From Chloroflexota bacterium (GTDB lineage: Bacteria; Chloroflexota; Limnocylindria; Limnocylindrales; CSP1-4): a DNA stretch of 64,000 nucleotides. The stretch spans positions 977 to 64,976 of the forward strand of contig JAQBHC010000062.1 of the NCBI GenBank assembly GCA_032128175.1, in the 5' to 3' direction. Below the pieces are notes generated by a model that was given only the letters and a program-made list of their open reading frames with translations, had not been told where the DNA came from and searched no databases. The position numbers and the translations under genes are program-made. The first letter of the stretch is position 1; every line of letters starts with the position of its first letter. This document shows, in pieces, positions 37,836-46,876 of this stretch.

Positions 37836-38383
37836 CGGGTCGAACTCGCGCCAGCCCCGGTGGTCGGGACCGCTGGTGTCGGGCGCTGGTCGAGCGCACG
37901 GCCGAACGCCTGGTAGGCGGCCGTTCCGCGCAGCGCGAGGATGACGTAGTCGATCCTGTCCGTGTCGGAGATTTCGTCACGCAGCGTGCGTACGGTGATC
38001 TCCGCCGCCTCGTCGAGCGGGAACCCGCCGAGGCCGGTTCCCAGCGCCGGAAACGCCACACTGCTGGCGCCGATCTCGCGAGCGCAGGCCATGGCGCTCC
38101 GCACCGCAGCCTCGATTGCCGGACCCGACGTGCGCCGGTCGTGATCCAGCGACACCGCATGAATGACGGCATGCGCCGCCAGCTTCCCGGCACCGGTCAC
38201 GATGGCCGTCCCGACCTCGACCGGCCCGCGACGCACAGCCTCGAACTCGATCCCGTCGCCGCCGGCGCGCTTCAGGGCGCCCCCGACCCCGGTTGACATC
38301 CACAGGGATGGCCCGGCCGGGTTCACGATCGCATCGACTTCGAGGACGCAGATGTCCCCGTTCCAAAGTTCCAGGCGAGTCAT
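37832..38383 (-). CDS. Macro-domain protein (ADP-ribose / O-acetyl-ADP-ribose processing)
   Basis: VDAIVNPAGPSL, GVGGALKRAGG and HAVSLD are Macro/YmdB-like. It has an ATGA overlap with the alr stop codon. Confidence 0.8.
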   Translation of the reverse strand: MTRLELWNGDICVLEVDAIVNPAGPSLWMSTGVGGALKRAGGDGIEFEAVRRGPVEVGTAIVTGAGKLAAHAVIHAVSLDHDRRTSGPAIEAAVRSAMACAREIGASSVAFPALGTGLGGFPLDEAAEITVRTLRDEISDTDRIDYVILALRGTAAYQAFGRALDQRPTPAVPTTGAGASSTR

Positions 38384-39594
38384 CCGTCCCCTCCGGAGAC
38401 GAGCGTTCGGACGACCACCGGTCCGCCGGCGGCATGGTACACCCGCGTCAGTCGGCGAGCCATGTTGGTGACGACCTCCCAGGAATTGGTTGTGCGCGCC
38501 CGCGCCACGTCGGCCACCGTAATCTCTTGATCTCCCTGACGTCCGATGAGGACGAACTCGTCGGCCACGGTTACCGCCGGTCCCGGTACCTTGCTCACGT
38601 CCGCCATGACCGCATCCATGGCGACATTGCCGACCAGCGGCACCCGAACCCCTCGAACCAGGGCTTCCGCTCGGTTCGAGAGCGCACGGGACCAGCCGTC
38701 ACCATACCCGAGCGGCAAGGTGGCGATCCGGGCCGGACCCTCCGTTCGATGCGTTGGACCGTAGCTGACGCCCCAACCGGTCGGAAGGTCGGCGACCCGG
38801 ACCGGCCGAGCGCGGAGCGCGAGGGCAGGACGCAGCCGATGCGCCGCCGGGGTCAGCTCGCCAGCGGCGATCTCATCGGGCGCGAGGCCGTAGACGGAGA
38901 GTCCGGGCCGCACGCCGTCGTACGATGCCCCGCCATCTGTCAGGAGCGACCCGCTGGCGCGCACGTGGCGCTGTGGCAACCGCACGCCGGCAGATTCGAG
39001 GCCCTTGCACGCAGACTCGAACACGGCGAATTGCGCGGCAGTGATCGTCTGATTCTCGGGTGCCTGCAGGTGCGTCCATAGGCCGTCGAGACGAGCCTCG
39101 CGTGCGCTAGCGACAGCCTGGGCCGCCCGAACCAGAGAATCGCCGGACAAGCCGCCCCGGCCAAGCCCGGTCTCAACTTCAAGCTGTACACGAAGGCGAC
39201 GGCGGGCACGGCTGCCGGCGAGGACGGCCAGCGTGGCCTCGAGCAGGTTCCAGTCCCCCGCGGTCACCGTGATGGCACGGCGTGCCGCTTCCGCCGCCCA
39301 GTCGGGCGGAATTGGATACAGAACGAGCAGCGGCAGACGGATCCCGGCCCGCCGGAGGGCCAGCGCCTCGTCCATCGTGGCGACGCAGAATCCGTCGGCG
39401 CCCGCGGCCGCCAGGGCCCGGGCGACAGGTACCGCCCCATGCCCATACGCGTCCGCCTTGACGACGGCGTGTACGGGCGTCCCCGGTCCGGCCAGCTCGC
39501 GGATCACGGCCAGGTTGGACGCGATCGCCCCGAGGTCGATCGTCAGCCACGCCGTGCGCGGAATGGCCGACTCATCGGGCGAAGGTGCTGACAC
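38380..39594 (-). CDS. alr: Alanine racemase
   Basis: VVKADAYGHGAV is the PLP-lysine motif; the C-terminal beta domain is present. Confidence 0.9.
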   Translation of the reverse strand: MSAPSPDESAIPRTAWLTIDLGAIASNLAVIRELAGPGTPVHAVVKADAYGHGAVPVARALAAAGADGFCVATMDEALALRRAGIRLPLLVLYPIPPDWAAEAARRAITVTAGDWNLLEATLAVLAGSRARRRLRVQLEVETGLGRGGLSGDSLVRAAQAVASAREARLDGLWTHLQAPENQTITAAQFAVFESACKGLESAGVRLPQRHVRASGSLLTDGGASYDGVRPGLSVYGLAPDEIAAGELTPAAHRLRPALALRARPVRVADLPTGWGVSYGPTHRTEGPARIATLPLGYGDGWSRALSNRAEALVRGVRVPLVGNVAMDAVMADVSKVPGPAVTVADEFVLIGRQGDQEITVADVARARTTNSWEVVTNMARRLTRVYHAAGGPVVVRTLVSGGDG

Positions 39595-39600
39595 GGCCGC

Positions 39601-40671
39601 TCAGCCAGCCGGTGCGGCCGGCGTGCGAACCACGAATCCAAGGCGCTTGCCGTCTCGATCTCGCTCGGCGATTGCCGCGAGGCGCTTTCGGGCCAGGGGA
39701 ACCACCTCGCACAGATCTGACGCGAGCAATCCGGCATCGCCCAGTCGCTCACGGACCATGTCGCCGGCCATGCCGTGGAGGTAGACGCCGACGCGGGCCG
39801 CCGCAGGCGGGTTCATGCCCTGGGCGAGGAGCGCGCCGATGATCCCAGCGAGCACGTCGCCGGTGCCGCCGGTCGCTAGGGCGGGGTTCTCAAAGGGGGC
39901 GACGGACCTCGCGCCGTCTGGGTCGGCAATGACCGTGTGGGCGCCCTTCAGGACGATCACCTGACCCCAGCTCATGGCAGCATCAGCGGCCGCTTTCGCT
40001 CGATCCTCATCACGCTCGACAAGGTCGCCGTCGGCCGCCGGATCAAGGCCGGCGCCGGCACGGAGCCGCGCGAACTCACCAGGGTGGGGCGTCAGGATGG
40101 CCGGCCTCGTCGAGCTCGACCACCAGTCACCGAGCGTGGCCATCGAGCGCAGGGCCTCGGCATCGAGGACGATCGGCGCGGGCCCGACGTCGCCGGCAGA
40201 CCCCAGCAGCCGACGAACGAGTTCCGTGGTGGCAAGTCCTGGTCGCAGGCCCGGCCCGAGCACGATGGCATCGTGCTCATGGTCAAGGATCCGAGCCAAC
40301 GCCGGTTCAGGATCGATCTCCTCGACGTCGTCCTCGGGCAGCGCCAGCGTCGTGGCCTCCACGACTTTCGCGGCGAACAACGGCTGCAGCGACTCGGGCA
40401 CCGCGAGAGTCACCAGGCCGGCCCCTGCCCTGCCCGCCGCCCTCGCGACCAGCAGGGCTGCCCCGGCGTAGTCGAGCGACCCAGCGATTACGAGTAGCTT
40501 GCCGAACGTACCTTTGTGGCCGCGGGCCGGACGCTCCGGTAGCAGGGCGGCGATCAGCCGATCATCGAGCGGCACCGCGCCCCCGGCTGGTTCAGTTGCG
40601 ACGCCGGCACGGGCTGTCCCGCCGTCCTCAGGATCCGGGCGATCGCGAAAACCCAGCCGCCGGTCAGCCAC
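39601..40671 (-). CDS. nnrD: ADP-dependent (S)-NAD(P)H-hydrate dehydratase (YjeF C-terminal domain only)
   Basis: GHKGTFGKLLVIAGSLDYAGAALLVARAA...GTGDVLAGIIGALL is the carbohydrate-kinase-like YjeF_C domain. Confidence 0.85.
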   Translation of the reverse strand: MADRRLGFRDRPDPEDGGTARAGVATEPAGGAVPLDDRLIAALLPERPARGHKGTFGKLLVIAGSLDYAGAALLVARAAGRAGAGLVTLAVPESLQPLFAAKVVEATTLALPEDDVEEIDPEPALARILDHEHDAIVLGPGLRPGLATTELVRRLLGSAGDVGPAPIVLDAEALRSMATLGDWWSSSTRPAILTPHPGEFARLRAGAGLDPAADGDLVERDEDRAKAAADAAMSWGQVIVLKGAHTVIADPDGARSVAPFENPALATGGTGDVLAGIIGALLAQGMNPPAAARVGVYLHGMAGDMVRERLGDAGLLASDLCEVVPLARKRLAAIAERDRDGKRLGFVVRTPAAPAG

Positions 40672-41227
40672 CCGATGAATCCTCGGCGGAGGCCCCGTTC
40701 AGCGCTCGCAGCCGCTCCAGACGAGCCAGAATCCGACGTTCGCGGTCATCAAGCCGGTCTTCGATGTCCGGGGGAAAGACATACCTTTCTCCGGCCCTGC
40801 GCACCCCAAAGGCAACCGCAACCGCGTAGTCGGATTCATGAGTGATCGAAACGGCAACGCGCTCCATGCCCAACTGTTCCGCCCGCTGCCGCGCCCGGCC
40901 ATGAAGGTGGACGGCCGGCTGGCCCGTGGGCATGCGCTCGATTTCAATGTCGCGCCACCCGATGCCGCGGACGCCCAGGCCCAGGACCTTGCTGACCGCT
41001 TCCTTCGCGGCCCAGCGTCCGGCGAACGTCTCCGGGCGGTCGCGCACGTAGCGCTGTTCGCCCGGCGTGAGCACGCGGTTGCTGAAGCGGGTGCCAAATC
41101 TGGCCAGCGACCGACGAATTCGATCGACCTTGATGATGTCGATCCCGAGTTCGGTCGTCCCGGGCGGGACGGCCCCTTGAGAGCCACCGGCGCCGGGGGA
41201 GTTGGCCATCTCGTCGGCGCCGGCCAT
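40664..41227 (-). CDS. acpS: Holo-[acyl-carrier-protein] synthase AcpS (with terminal extensions)
   Basis: GIDIIKVDRIRR, FAGRWAAKEAVSKVLG and VSITHE match the AcpS signature. Confidence 0.8.
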   Translation of the reverse strand: MAGADEMANSPGAGGSQGAVPPGTTELGIDIIKVDRIRRSLARFGTRFSNRVLTPGEQRYVRDRPETFAGRWAAKEAVSKVLGLGVRGIGWRDIEIERMPTGQPAVHLHGRARQRAEQLGMERVAVSITHESDYAVAVAFGVRRAGERYVFPPDIEDRLDDRERRILARLERLRALNGASAEDSSGG

Positions 41228-41236
41228 GCGGGGCGC

Positions 41237-43069
41237 CTACTCGACCGTAACGGACTTCGCCAGATTGCGTGGCTGATCCACGTCCGTACCGCGGGCGATG
41301 GCCATGTGGTAGGCGAATAGCTGCAACGGGATGATGGCCAGCACCGAACTGAGCGCTTCGTGCGTGTCCGGCACCCAGGCGACCTCGTCGGCGAAGCGCT
41401 CGATCTGGGGGTCGCCTTCGGTCGCGACCGCGATCACTCGGGCATCGCGCGCGCGACCTTCCATGACGTTGCTGATCAGCTTGTCGTAGGTCGATGAGCG
41501 CGTGGCGATGGCGACGAGTGGAACCTCGGCATCGAGGAGCGAGATCGGGCCGTGCTTGAGTTCGCCGGCCGGGTAGCCCTCGGCGTGCACGTAGCTGATC
41601 TCCTTGAGCTTGAGCGCTCCCTCGAGCGCTGCGGGATAGGTCGCGCCGCGTCCGACGAACATGAAACCACGCGAGTTCACGTAGCGCCGGGCGAGATCCT
41701 GGGCCCGCGGAGCGTTGAGCTCGAGCGCCCGTTCGGCGGCGTCCGGCAGCGCGCGGAGTGCCGCCACGAGCTCGATCTCTGCGGCCTCCGACATGGTTCC
41801 GCGCAGCCGACCGATGGCCGCCGCGAGTACGACGAGCGTGGTGACCTGGGTCACGAAGGTCTTCGATGCCGCGACCGCGATTTCCGGTCCGGCCTGGAGG
41901 AACAGGATCGCCGCGGCCTCCCGCGTGATCGCCGAGCCGAAGGTGTTGGTGACAGCAATGATCGGACAGCCGCGCCCACGGGCCAGGCGAGTCGGCGCAA
42001 TCGTGTCGGCCGTCTCGCCCGACTGGGTCACGGCGATGACGAGGGTTCTTTCATCGAGGGGCGGGGGGCTGTACCGGAATTCTGAACCGACCGTCACGCG
42101 CGCGGGGAGCCCGGTCCAGGCCTCGAGGGCGGCTGCTCCGACCCGCGCTGCGTGGGAGGCCGTGCCGCAGGCGACAAGCTCGATCCGAGTGATTTCTCGA
42201 AGGACCGGAACCAGTGCCTCGATCTCGGGGACGCGGACATGATTCTCGCGATCCACGCGGCCGGCGAGGGCCTGCCGAAGCGCGTTTGGCTGCTCGTGAA
42301 TCTCCTTCAGCATGAAGTGCTCGTAGCCGCCCTTCTCCGCCACTTCCGGAGACCAGTCAATGCGCGTCTCGAGACGCTCGCGGACATTGCCGAGCGTATC
42401 GGTGACGATCACACTGGTCGGCCTGACGTCGGCCACGTCGCCTTCCTCGAGGAAGATGATTCGATCCGTGTGAGCCAGGATCGCCGCGACGTCGCTGGCA
42501 ATGAATGATTCCTCGCCGTTCCGACCGACAATCAGGGGCACGTCCTGCCGGGCTCCGACGAGGCGCCCGTGCTCGTCCCGATGCATCACGACGATCGCAT
42601 ACGCTCCTTCGACGCGGAGGAGGGCCGCACGAACCGCGTCGGCGAGGTCGCCCCGGTATGCCTCCTCCACGAGGTGGGCGATCGCCTCCGTGTCCGTCTC
42701 GGAATCGAGGCGGTGGCCGCGGGCCTCAAGGCCGTCACGGAGTTCGCGGAAGTTCTCGATGATCCCGTTGTGGATGACCGTGATCTTGCCCGTGCAGTCC
42801 ATGTGCGGATGGGCATTGAGATCGTTCGGGCGGCCATGGGTTGCCCAGCGCGTGTGGGCCAACCCCATTGCAGCGTGCGGCGTGCGCTCAGCGATCGCCG
42901 TCGCCAGATTGGCGAGCTTGCCGGCCTTCTTCTCGACGAACAGCCGGCCTTCCTCGTCGACGAGGGCAATGCCCGCAGAGTCGTAGCCGCGGTACTCCAG
43001 CCGGCGGAGTCCCTCCATGAGAATTGGGCCGGCCTCGCGGGGCCCGGTGTATCCGACAATGCCGCACAT
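41237..43069 (-). CDS. glmS: Glutamine--fructose-6-phosphate aminotransferase GlmS
   Basis: MCGIVGY (Ntn Cys), two SIS domains and a C-terminal ...SVTVE. Confidence 0.95.
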   Translation of the reverse strand: MCGIVGYTGPREAGPILMEGLRRLEYRGYDSAGIALVDEEGRLFVEKKAGKLANLATAIAERTPHAAMGLAHTRWATHGRPNDLNAHPHMDCTGKITVIHNGIIENFRELRDGLEARGHRLDSETDTEAIAHLVEEAYRGDLADAVRAALLRVEGAYAIVVMHRDEHGRLVGARQDVPLIVGRNGEESFIASDVAAILAHTDRIIFLEEGDVADVRPTSVIVTDTLGNVRERLETRIDWSPEVAEKGGYEHFMLKEIHEQPNALRQALAGRVDRENHVRVPEIEALVPVLREITRIELVACGTASHAARVGAAALEAWTGLPARVTVGSEFRYSPPPLDERTLVIAVTQSGETADTIAPTRLARGRGCPIIAVTNTFGSAITREAAAILFLQAGPEIAVAASKTFVTQVTTLVVLAAAIGRLRGTMSEAAEIELVAALRALPDAAERALELNAPRAQDLARRYVNSRGFMFVGRGATYPAALEGALKLKEISYVHAEGYPAGELKHGPISLLDAEVPLVAIATRSSTYDKLISNVMEGRARDARVIAVATEGDPQIERFADEVAWVPDTHEALSSVLAIIPLQLFAYHMAIARGTDVDQPRNLAKSVTVE

Positions 43070-43143
43070 CCGTGGTCAAGTCCTCTGTCTGATCGCGCCG
43101 GCTCTGCCGAGCGCTGACTGGCTCGCTGGGATGGGCACCGCGA

Positions 43144-44478
43144 TCAGTGTAGCCGCTCGGCTGCGACGGTCGCCAACAAGTCGGCCAGTTCGCTGACCAG
43201 TGCTGCATCCGGACCCTCGACCATCACGCGCAGCGCGGGTTCGGTCCCCGAGGGCCGGATCAGGATCCGACCAGTGTCTCCGAGGCGCTCGCGTGCCTCA
43301 CTCATCGCCCGCTGGATGGCCGGATCCCCTTCCCATTGGTCCTTGTGACGCACGCGGACGGCCCGCTGGTGCTGGGGCAGGAGTTCGATGCTCGCGGCGA
43401 GTTCCGCGAGCGGCCTACCGGTGCCGATCATGACCCTGAGCACCTCAATGGCCGTGACGATCCCGTCGCCCGATGTCGTGTGTTCGGCAATGATCACGTG
43501 ACCGCTCTTCTCTCCGCCGAGTCCGGCTCCGGACACCTGCATCCCTTCAAGGATGTACTTGTCCCCGACGGGCGTCCGCACGACGATGCCGCCGGCGGCT
43601 TCGACAGCCCGCTGCAGTCCGCCGTTGGAGAGGACCGACACGACGAGGGTCCCGTGCGCGAGGGCACCCCGTCCGAGTCGATCGAGGGCCAGGATCCCAA
43701 GCACCTGATCGCCGTCGACGACCTGACCGGCTGCGTCCACGGCAATCATCCGATCCGCGTCGCCGTCCAGCGCAAAGCCGACGTCGGCGCGGCGCTCTGC
43801 AACCAGTGTTGCCAGCGCTGCAGGATCGGTAGCCCCGCAGGCGAGGTTGATGTTGTTGCCGTCCGGGCTGGCGTTGATGACCTCGACCGTCGCGCCCGTC
43901 GCCATCAGGATGCCCGGCGCAAACGCGCCGCCGGAACCATTGGCGGCATCCAGAATGATGCGCAAGCCCGACGCGTCTACTCCCGCCGCGAGGCGCATGC
44001 GGGCTTCCGTGTATTCCGCGACCCGGTCCCTCGCGTCGATGACGATCCCGATGTCGGCATTGCCCAACCCGCCCAGTTCCTCGGTCCGAAAGATCAGCTG
44101 CTCGAGTTCATCTTCGACCGGATCGTCCAGCTTGAGTCCACGCCCGTCGAGCACCTTGAGCCCGTTATCGGCGGCTGGATTGTGCGACGCAGAAACCATG
44201 ATGCCGGCGGCGAAATCGCCCCGCTCAGCGAGGAACGCAAGCGCCGGCGTGGGCAAAACACCGACCTGGTGGACGTCGGTGCCCAGGCTCGTTGCGCCCG
44301 CAGTGATGGCGGCCACGAACAGGTCTCCCGAGCGTCGCGTGTCCTGGCCCACCACGATCGAACCGCGGCCACCGGCCAGCCGATGCGCCGTCGCACGACC
44401 CAGCGCGTAGGCCGTGGTCGGCTTGAGGTCGATGTTGGCAACGCCGCGAATGCCGTCGGTGCCGAAGAGTCGTGGCAC
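43144..44478 (-). CDS. glmM: Phosphoglucosamine mutase GlmM
   Basis: LFGTDGIRG and SASHNPAADNG, with the active-site Ser. Confidence 0.9.
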   Translation of the reverse strand: MPRLFGTDGIRGVANIDLKPTTAYALGRATAHRLAGGRGSIVVGQDTRRSGDLFVAAITAGATSLGTDVHQVGVLPTPALAFLAERGDFAAGIMVSASHNPAADNGLKVLDGRGLKLDDPVEDELEQLIFRTEELGGLGNADIGIVIDARDRVAEYTEARMRLAAGVDASGLRIILDAANGSGGAFAPGILMATGATVEVINASPDGNNINLACGATDPAALATLVAERRADVGFALDGDADRMIAVDAAGQVVDGDQVLGILALDRLGRGALAHGTLVVSVLSNGGLQRAVEAAGGIVVRTPVGDKYILEGMQVSGAGLGGEKSGHVIIAEHTTSGDGIVTAIEVLRVMIGTGRPLAELAASIELLPQHQRAVRVRHKDQWEGDPAIQRAMSEARERLGDTGRILIRPSGTEPALRVMVEGPDAALVSELADLLATVAAERLH

Positions 44479-44553
44479 GGGTGGTGAGATCTCCTTGGAC
44501 TGCAGGTCAGGCGATCGGCTGGAGTCAGTGGGCGGGACTGAACCGAGCGGCGT

Positions 44554-45807
44554 TCAGGGAGAGGGGCTCGGGCTTGGGCTCGGGCCTGGGCTCGGGCCTG
44601 GCTCAGGGAGCCCGATGGTCACGGTCACCGGGTTCGGGCTGGCCGCAATGAGGGTAAGGCCGGTCACCAGATTCGCGCTGATCGAGACATCGCGGACGCC
44701 GACGTCGAGACCTGTCACGTCGAGTGTCAGAACCAGGTTCGAGCCGGACAGCCGATCTAGACCGGCAACGGATCCGCCGATCGTGACGAGCACCCGGTCG
44801 GTCGACAGCTGATACGTCCGATCGGCCCTCGCCCCGGCGAGAATCAGACCGGCATTGAAGGTTCTGGTTGCGGTCACCGGCCGGAGGGTGATCAGGACCC
44901 GCACCGAATCGAGACCGGGCGCCTGAACGCCATCGGGCAGTTGCAGGGGCGAGTCGATCGTGACCGTTGAAGATGCACCCGTGATCACGACCGGTGCGGT
45001 ATCGGCAAACTCGAGCGAAGCGATGTTGTCGACATCGCCCTCGATGCTGACCACGAGCGGGGTCACCGAAACGGAGGCGATCTCAAAGCCGACGGCGGGC
45101 GTGCCGATCACGACTGGCCGGACGGGCAGCGATCTGGTCTGGCGGTCCGTGAAAATGGCCAGCCGAACCCGGATGCTGGACGGTTCGAGGTCGACCGGAG
45201 ACAGGGGCTCGCCAGCCGCATCCACAGGCAGCAGATCGACGATTCGGTTGATATCGATTCCCGACGCATCGACGTTCATGCGGGCCTGGGCCTCGGCGAC
45301 GCGCTCGACGATCGAGGCCGGCCCGGTCACCGATACCTCGGCCGCAGCCAACTCAGGTTCGCCGATGTCGAGCCCCGTCGGGATCGGGCCGAAGACCGCC
45401 CGGATCGGCACCGTCCTCGTGATCACAGCATCGATCTGCACCGTGATCTGGCGCGGCTCGTAGTCGAGCACCTGGACGCGCGGGTCAACCGCCACGACGC
45501 GCACGGCGACCGACGTGCGGCCACCCGTCGGCTCTACCTTCGCGAGGTCCACGGTCGCCCTGAAGCTCGAACTGTCAACACGAATGCCGAGATCCGCTGG
45601 GGCGAAGTACTGAACACGGCGGACGGCACCGAGATCGGACAGGATCGTGACCCCAGATGACAGGCCGTTCGCCTCGATTGGCACGGCCCCGCTGAAGGAT
45701 TGAGCGCTCGACGACACGACAAGGCCGACATACAGCAGCATGGCGAACACGACGGCGCCGAGCTTCAAGGGCCAGTTGTGGACGACGATTCCGAGTGCCC
45801 TGTTCAT
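44554..45807 (-). CDS. cdaR: CdaR/YbbR-like regulator of diadenylate cyclase (YbbR repeats) with a C-terminal (Pro-Ser/Gly)n tail
   Basis: An N-terminal TM segment, repeated YbbR-like beta domains, and its position between cdaA and glmM. The tail is ...LPEPGPSPGPSPSPSPSP*. Confidence 0.75.
   Translation of the reverse strand: MNRALGIVVHNWPLKLGAVVFAMLLYVGLVVSSSAQSFSGAVPIEANGLSSGVTILSDLGAVRRVQYFAPADLGIRVDSSSFRATVDLAKVEPTGGRTSVAVRVVAVDPRVQVLDYEPRQITVQIDAVITRTVPIRAVFGPIPTGLDIGEPELAAAEVSVTGPASIVERVAEAQARMNVDASGIDINRIVDLLPVDAAGEPLSPVDLEPSSIRVRLAIFTDRQTRSLPVRPVVIGTPAVGFEIASVSVTPLVVSIEGDVDNIASLEFADTAPVVITGASSTVTIDSPLQLPDGVQAPGLDSVRVLITLRPVTATRTFNAGLILAGARADRTYQLSTDRVLVTIGGSVAGLDRLSGSNLVLTLDVTGLDVGVRDVSISANLVTGLTLIAASPNPVTVTIGLPEPGPSPGPSPSPSPSP
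44557..44610. repeat. 9-nt tandem repeat (gggctcggg variants) encoding the cdaR (PS/PG)n C-terminal tail
   Basis: Read directly from the sequence: gaggggctcgggcttgggctcgggcctgggctcgggcctggctcaggg. Confidence 0.7.
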
Positions 45808-46805
45808 GCTTCGGTGCCGCGGGCTTCCTCTACGACGCCTTCGTCAACCGGCGCGGCCGTCTCATCCGCTGACGCCGTGACCGGCCGCGCGACCGACGCG
45901 ACCTCCCCGGACCGTCGATCTCTGCCCGGACCGTCGCCGGTCTGACCCAGGACCAGGCGGCCCAGGCCGGCGAGCGTCGGCGTCCCAGCGACTCGGTGGG
46001 TGCCCGGAATGCGGCGCCGCGTTCCGTCCGATGTCGGATCCAGCAACGTCCGGATGGCCCGGGCCAGCTGTGGCTCATTCAGATTGCGCACGATCCGCGC
46101 CCGCTCGATGAGACTGACCTGACCGTTCTCCTCGGACACGACGATCACCACCGCGTCGGTTTGCTCCGTAATCCCGAGCGCCGCGCGGTGACGGGTTCCG
46201 AAGCGCTCCGAGTGAACCGTTGTCTCCGCCAGGGGCAGGAGGGCGCCAGCAGCCAGGACGGTCGCACCTCGAATGATCACAGCTCCGTCGTGCAGCTCGG
46301 TGCGGGGCATGAAGATGGTTCGCAGCAGGTCAATGGACAGGTCGCCATGGATCATCACGCCGGATTCGGCGATTTCCTCGAGGCCTGTATCGCGCTCCAG
46401 GACGATCAGAGCGCCGTGCCCGTCGCCCGACATCAGCGAGGCTGCCCGCGCGACGTCGGCCGCGACATGCTGAGCCTCCCTGTTCTCAGCGGGGAACAAC
46501 CAGGCCATCGACCCGACACGGCCGATCCGTTCGAGTGCCCGGCGCAGCTCAGGCTGGAAGACCACGACGATCGCGAACAGGCCCACGACTGCACCGGCCT
46601 GCAGGATCTGGGTGAGGAGTCGCAGGGTGAGCGCCTGCGCACCGAAGTACACGGCAAACAACACGCTTACGCCGATCACGAGGCGCACCGCGCGCGTCCC
46701 ACGGATCAGGCTGAACAGCCAGTAGATCAGGAGCGCGGTGATCCCGATGTCGAGCAATGTCGTGAGCCGAACCTGATCGAGGATCGACGCGAGGAGCTGC
46801 GGCAT
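45804..46805 (-). CDS. cdaA: Diadenylate cyclase CdaA (membrane-anchored, c-di-AMP synthase) with C-terminal extension
   Basis: An N-terminal 3-TM region, and DGAVIIRGATVLAAGALLP and GTRHRAALGITEQTDAVVIVVSEENGQVSL from the DAC domain. Confidence 0.85.
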   Translation of the reverse strand: MPQLLASILDQVRLTTLLDIGITALLIYWLFSLIRGTRAVRLVIGVSVLFAVYFGAQALTLRLLTQILQAGAVVGLFAIVVVFQPELRRALERIGRVGSMAWLFPAENREAQHVAADVARAASLMSGDGHGALIVLERDTGLEEIAESGVMIHGDLSIDLLRTIFMPRTELHDGAVIIRGATVLAAGALLPLAETTVHSERFGTRHRAALGITEQTDAVVIVVSEENGQVSLIERARIVRNLNEPQLARAIRTLLDPTSDGTRRRIPGTHRVAGTPTLAGLGRLVLGQTGDGPGRDRRSGEVASVARPVTASADETAAPVDEGVVEEARGTEA

Positions 46806-46876
46806 CTTCTGAGGAGTGTAGCATCGCGGCCCGGTCCTTCCCGCTTGCGGCGGGCGGCCTGAAGCCGCTCAGCCCG

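Noticed and set aside
43070-43143. Possible glmS ribozyme upstream of glmS
   Set aside because: The intergenic gap is only ~75 nt, too short for the ~150-nt ribozyme core. I could not see the conserved pseudoknot by eye.
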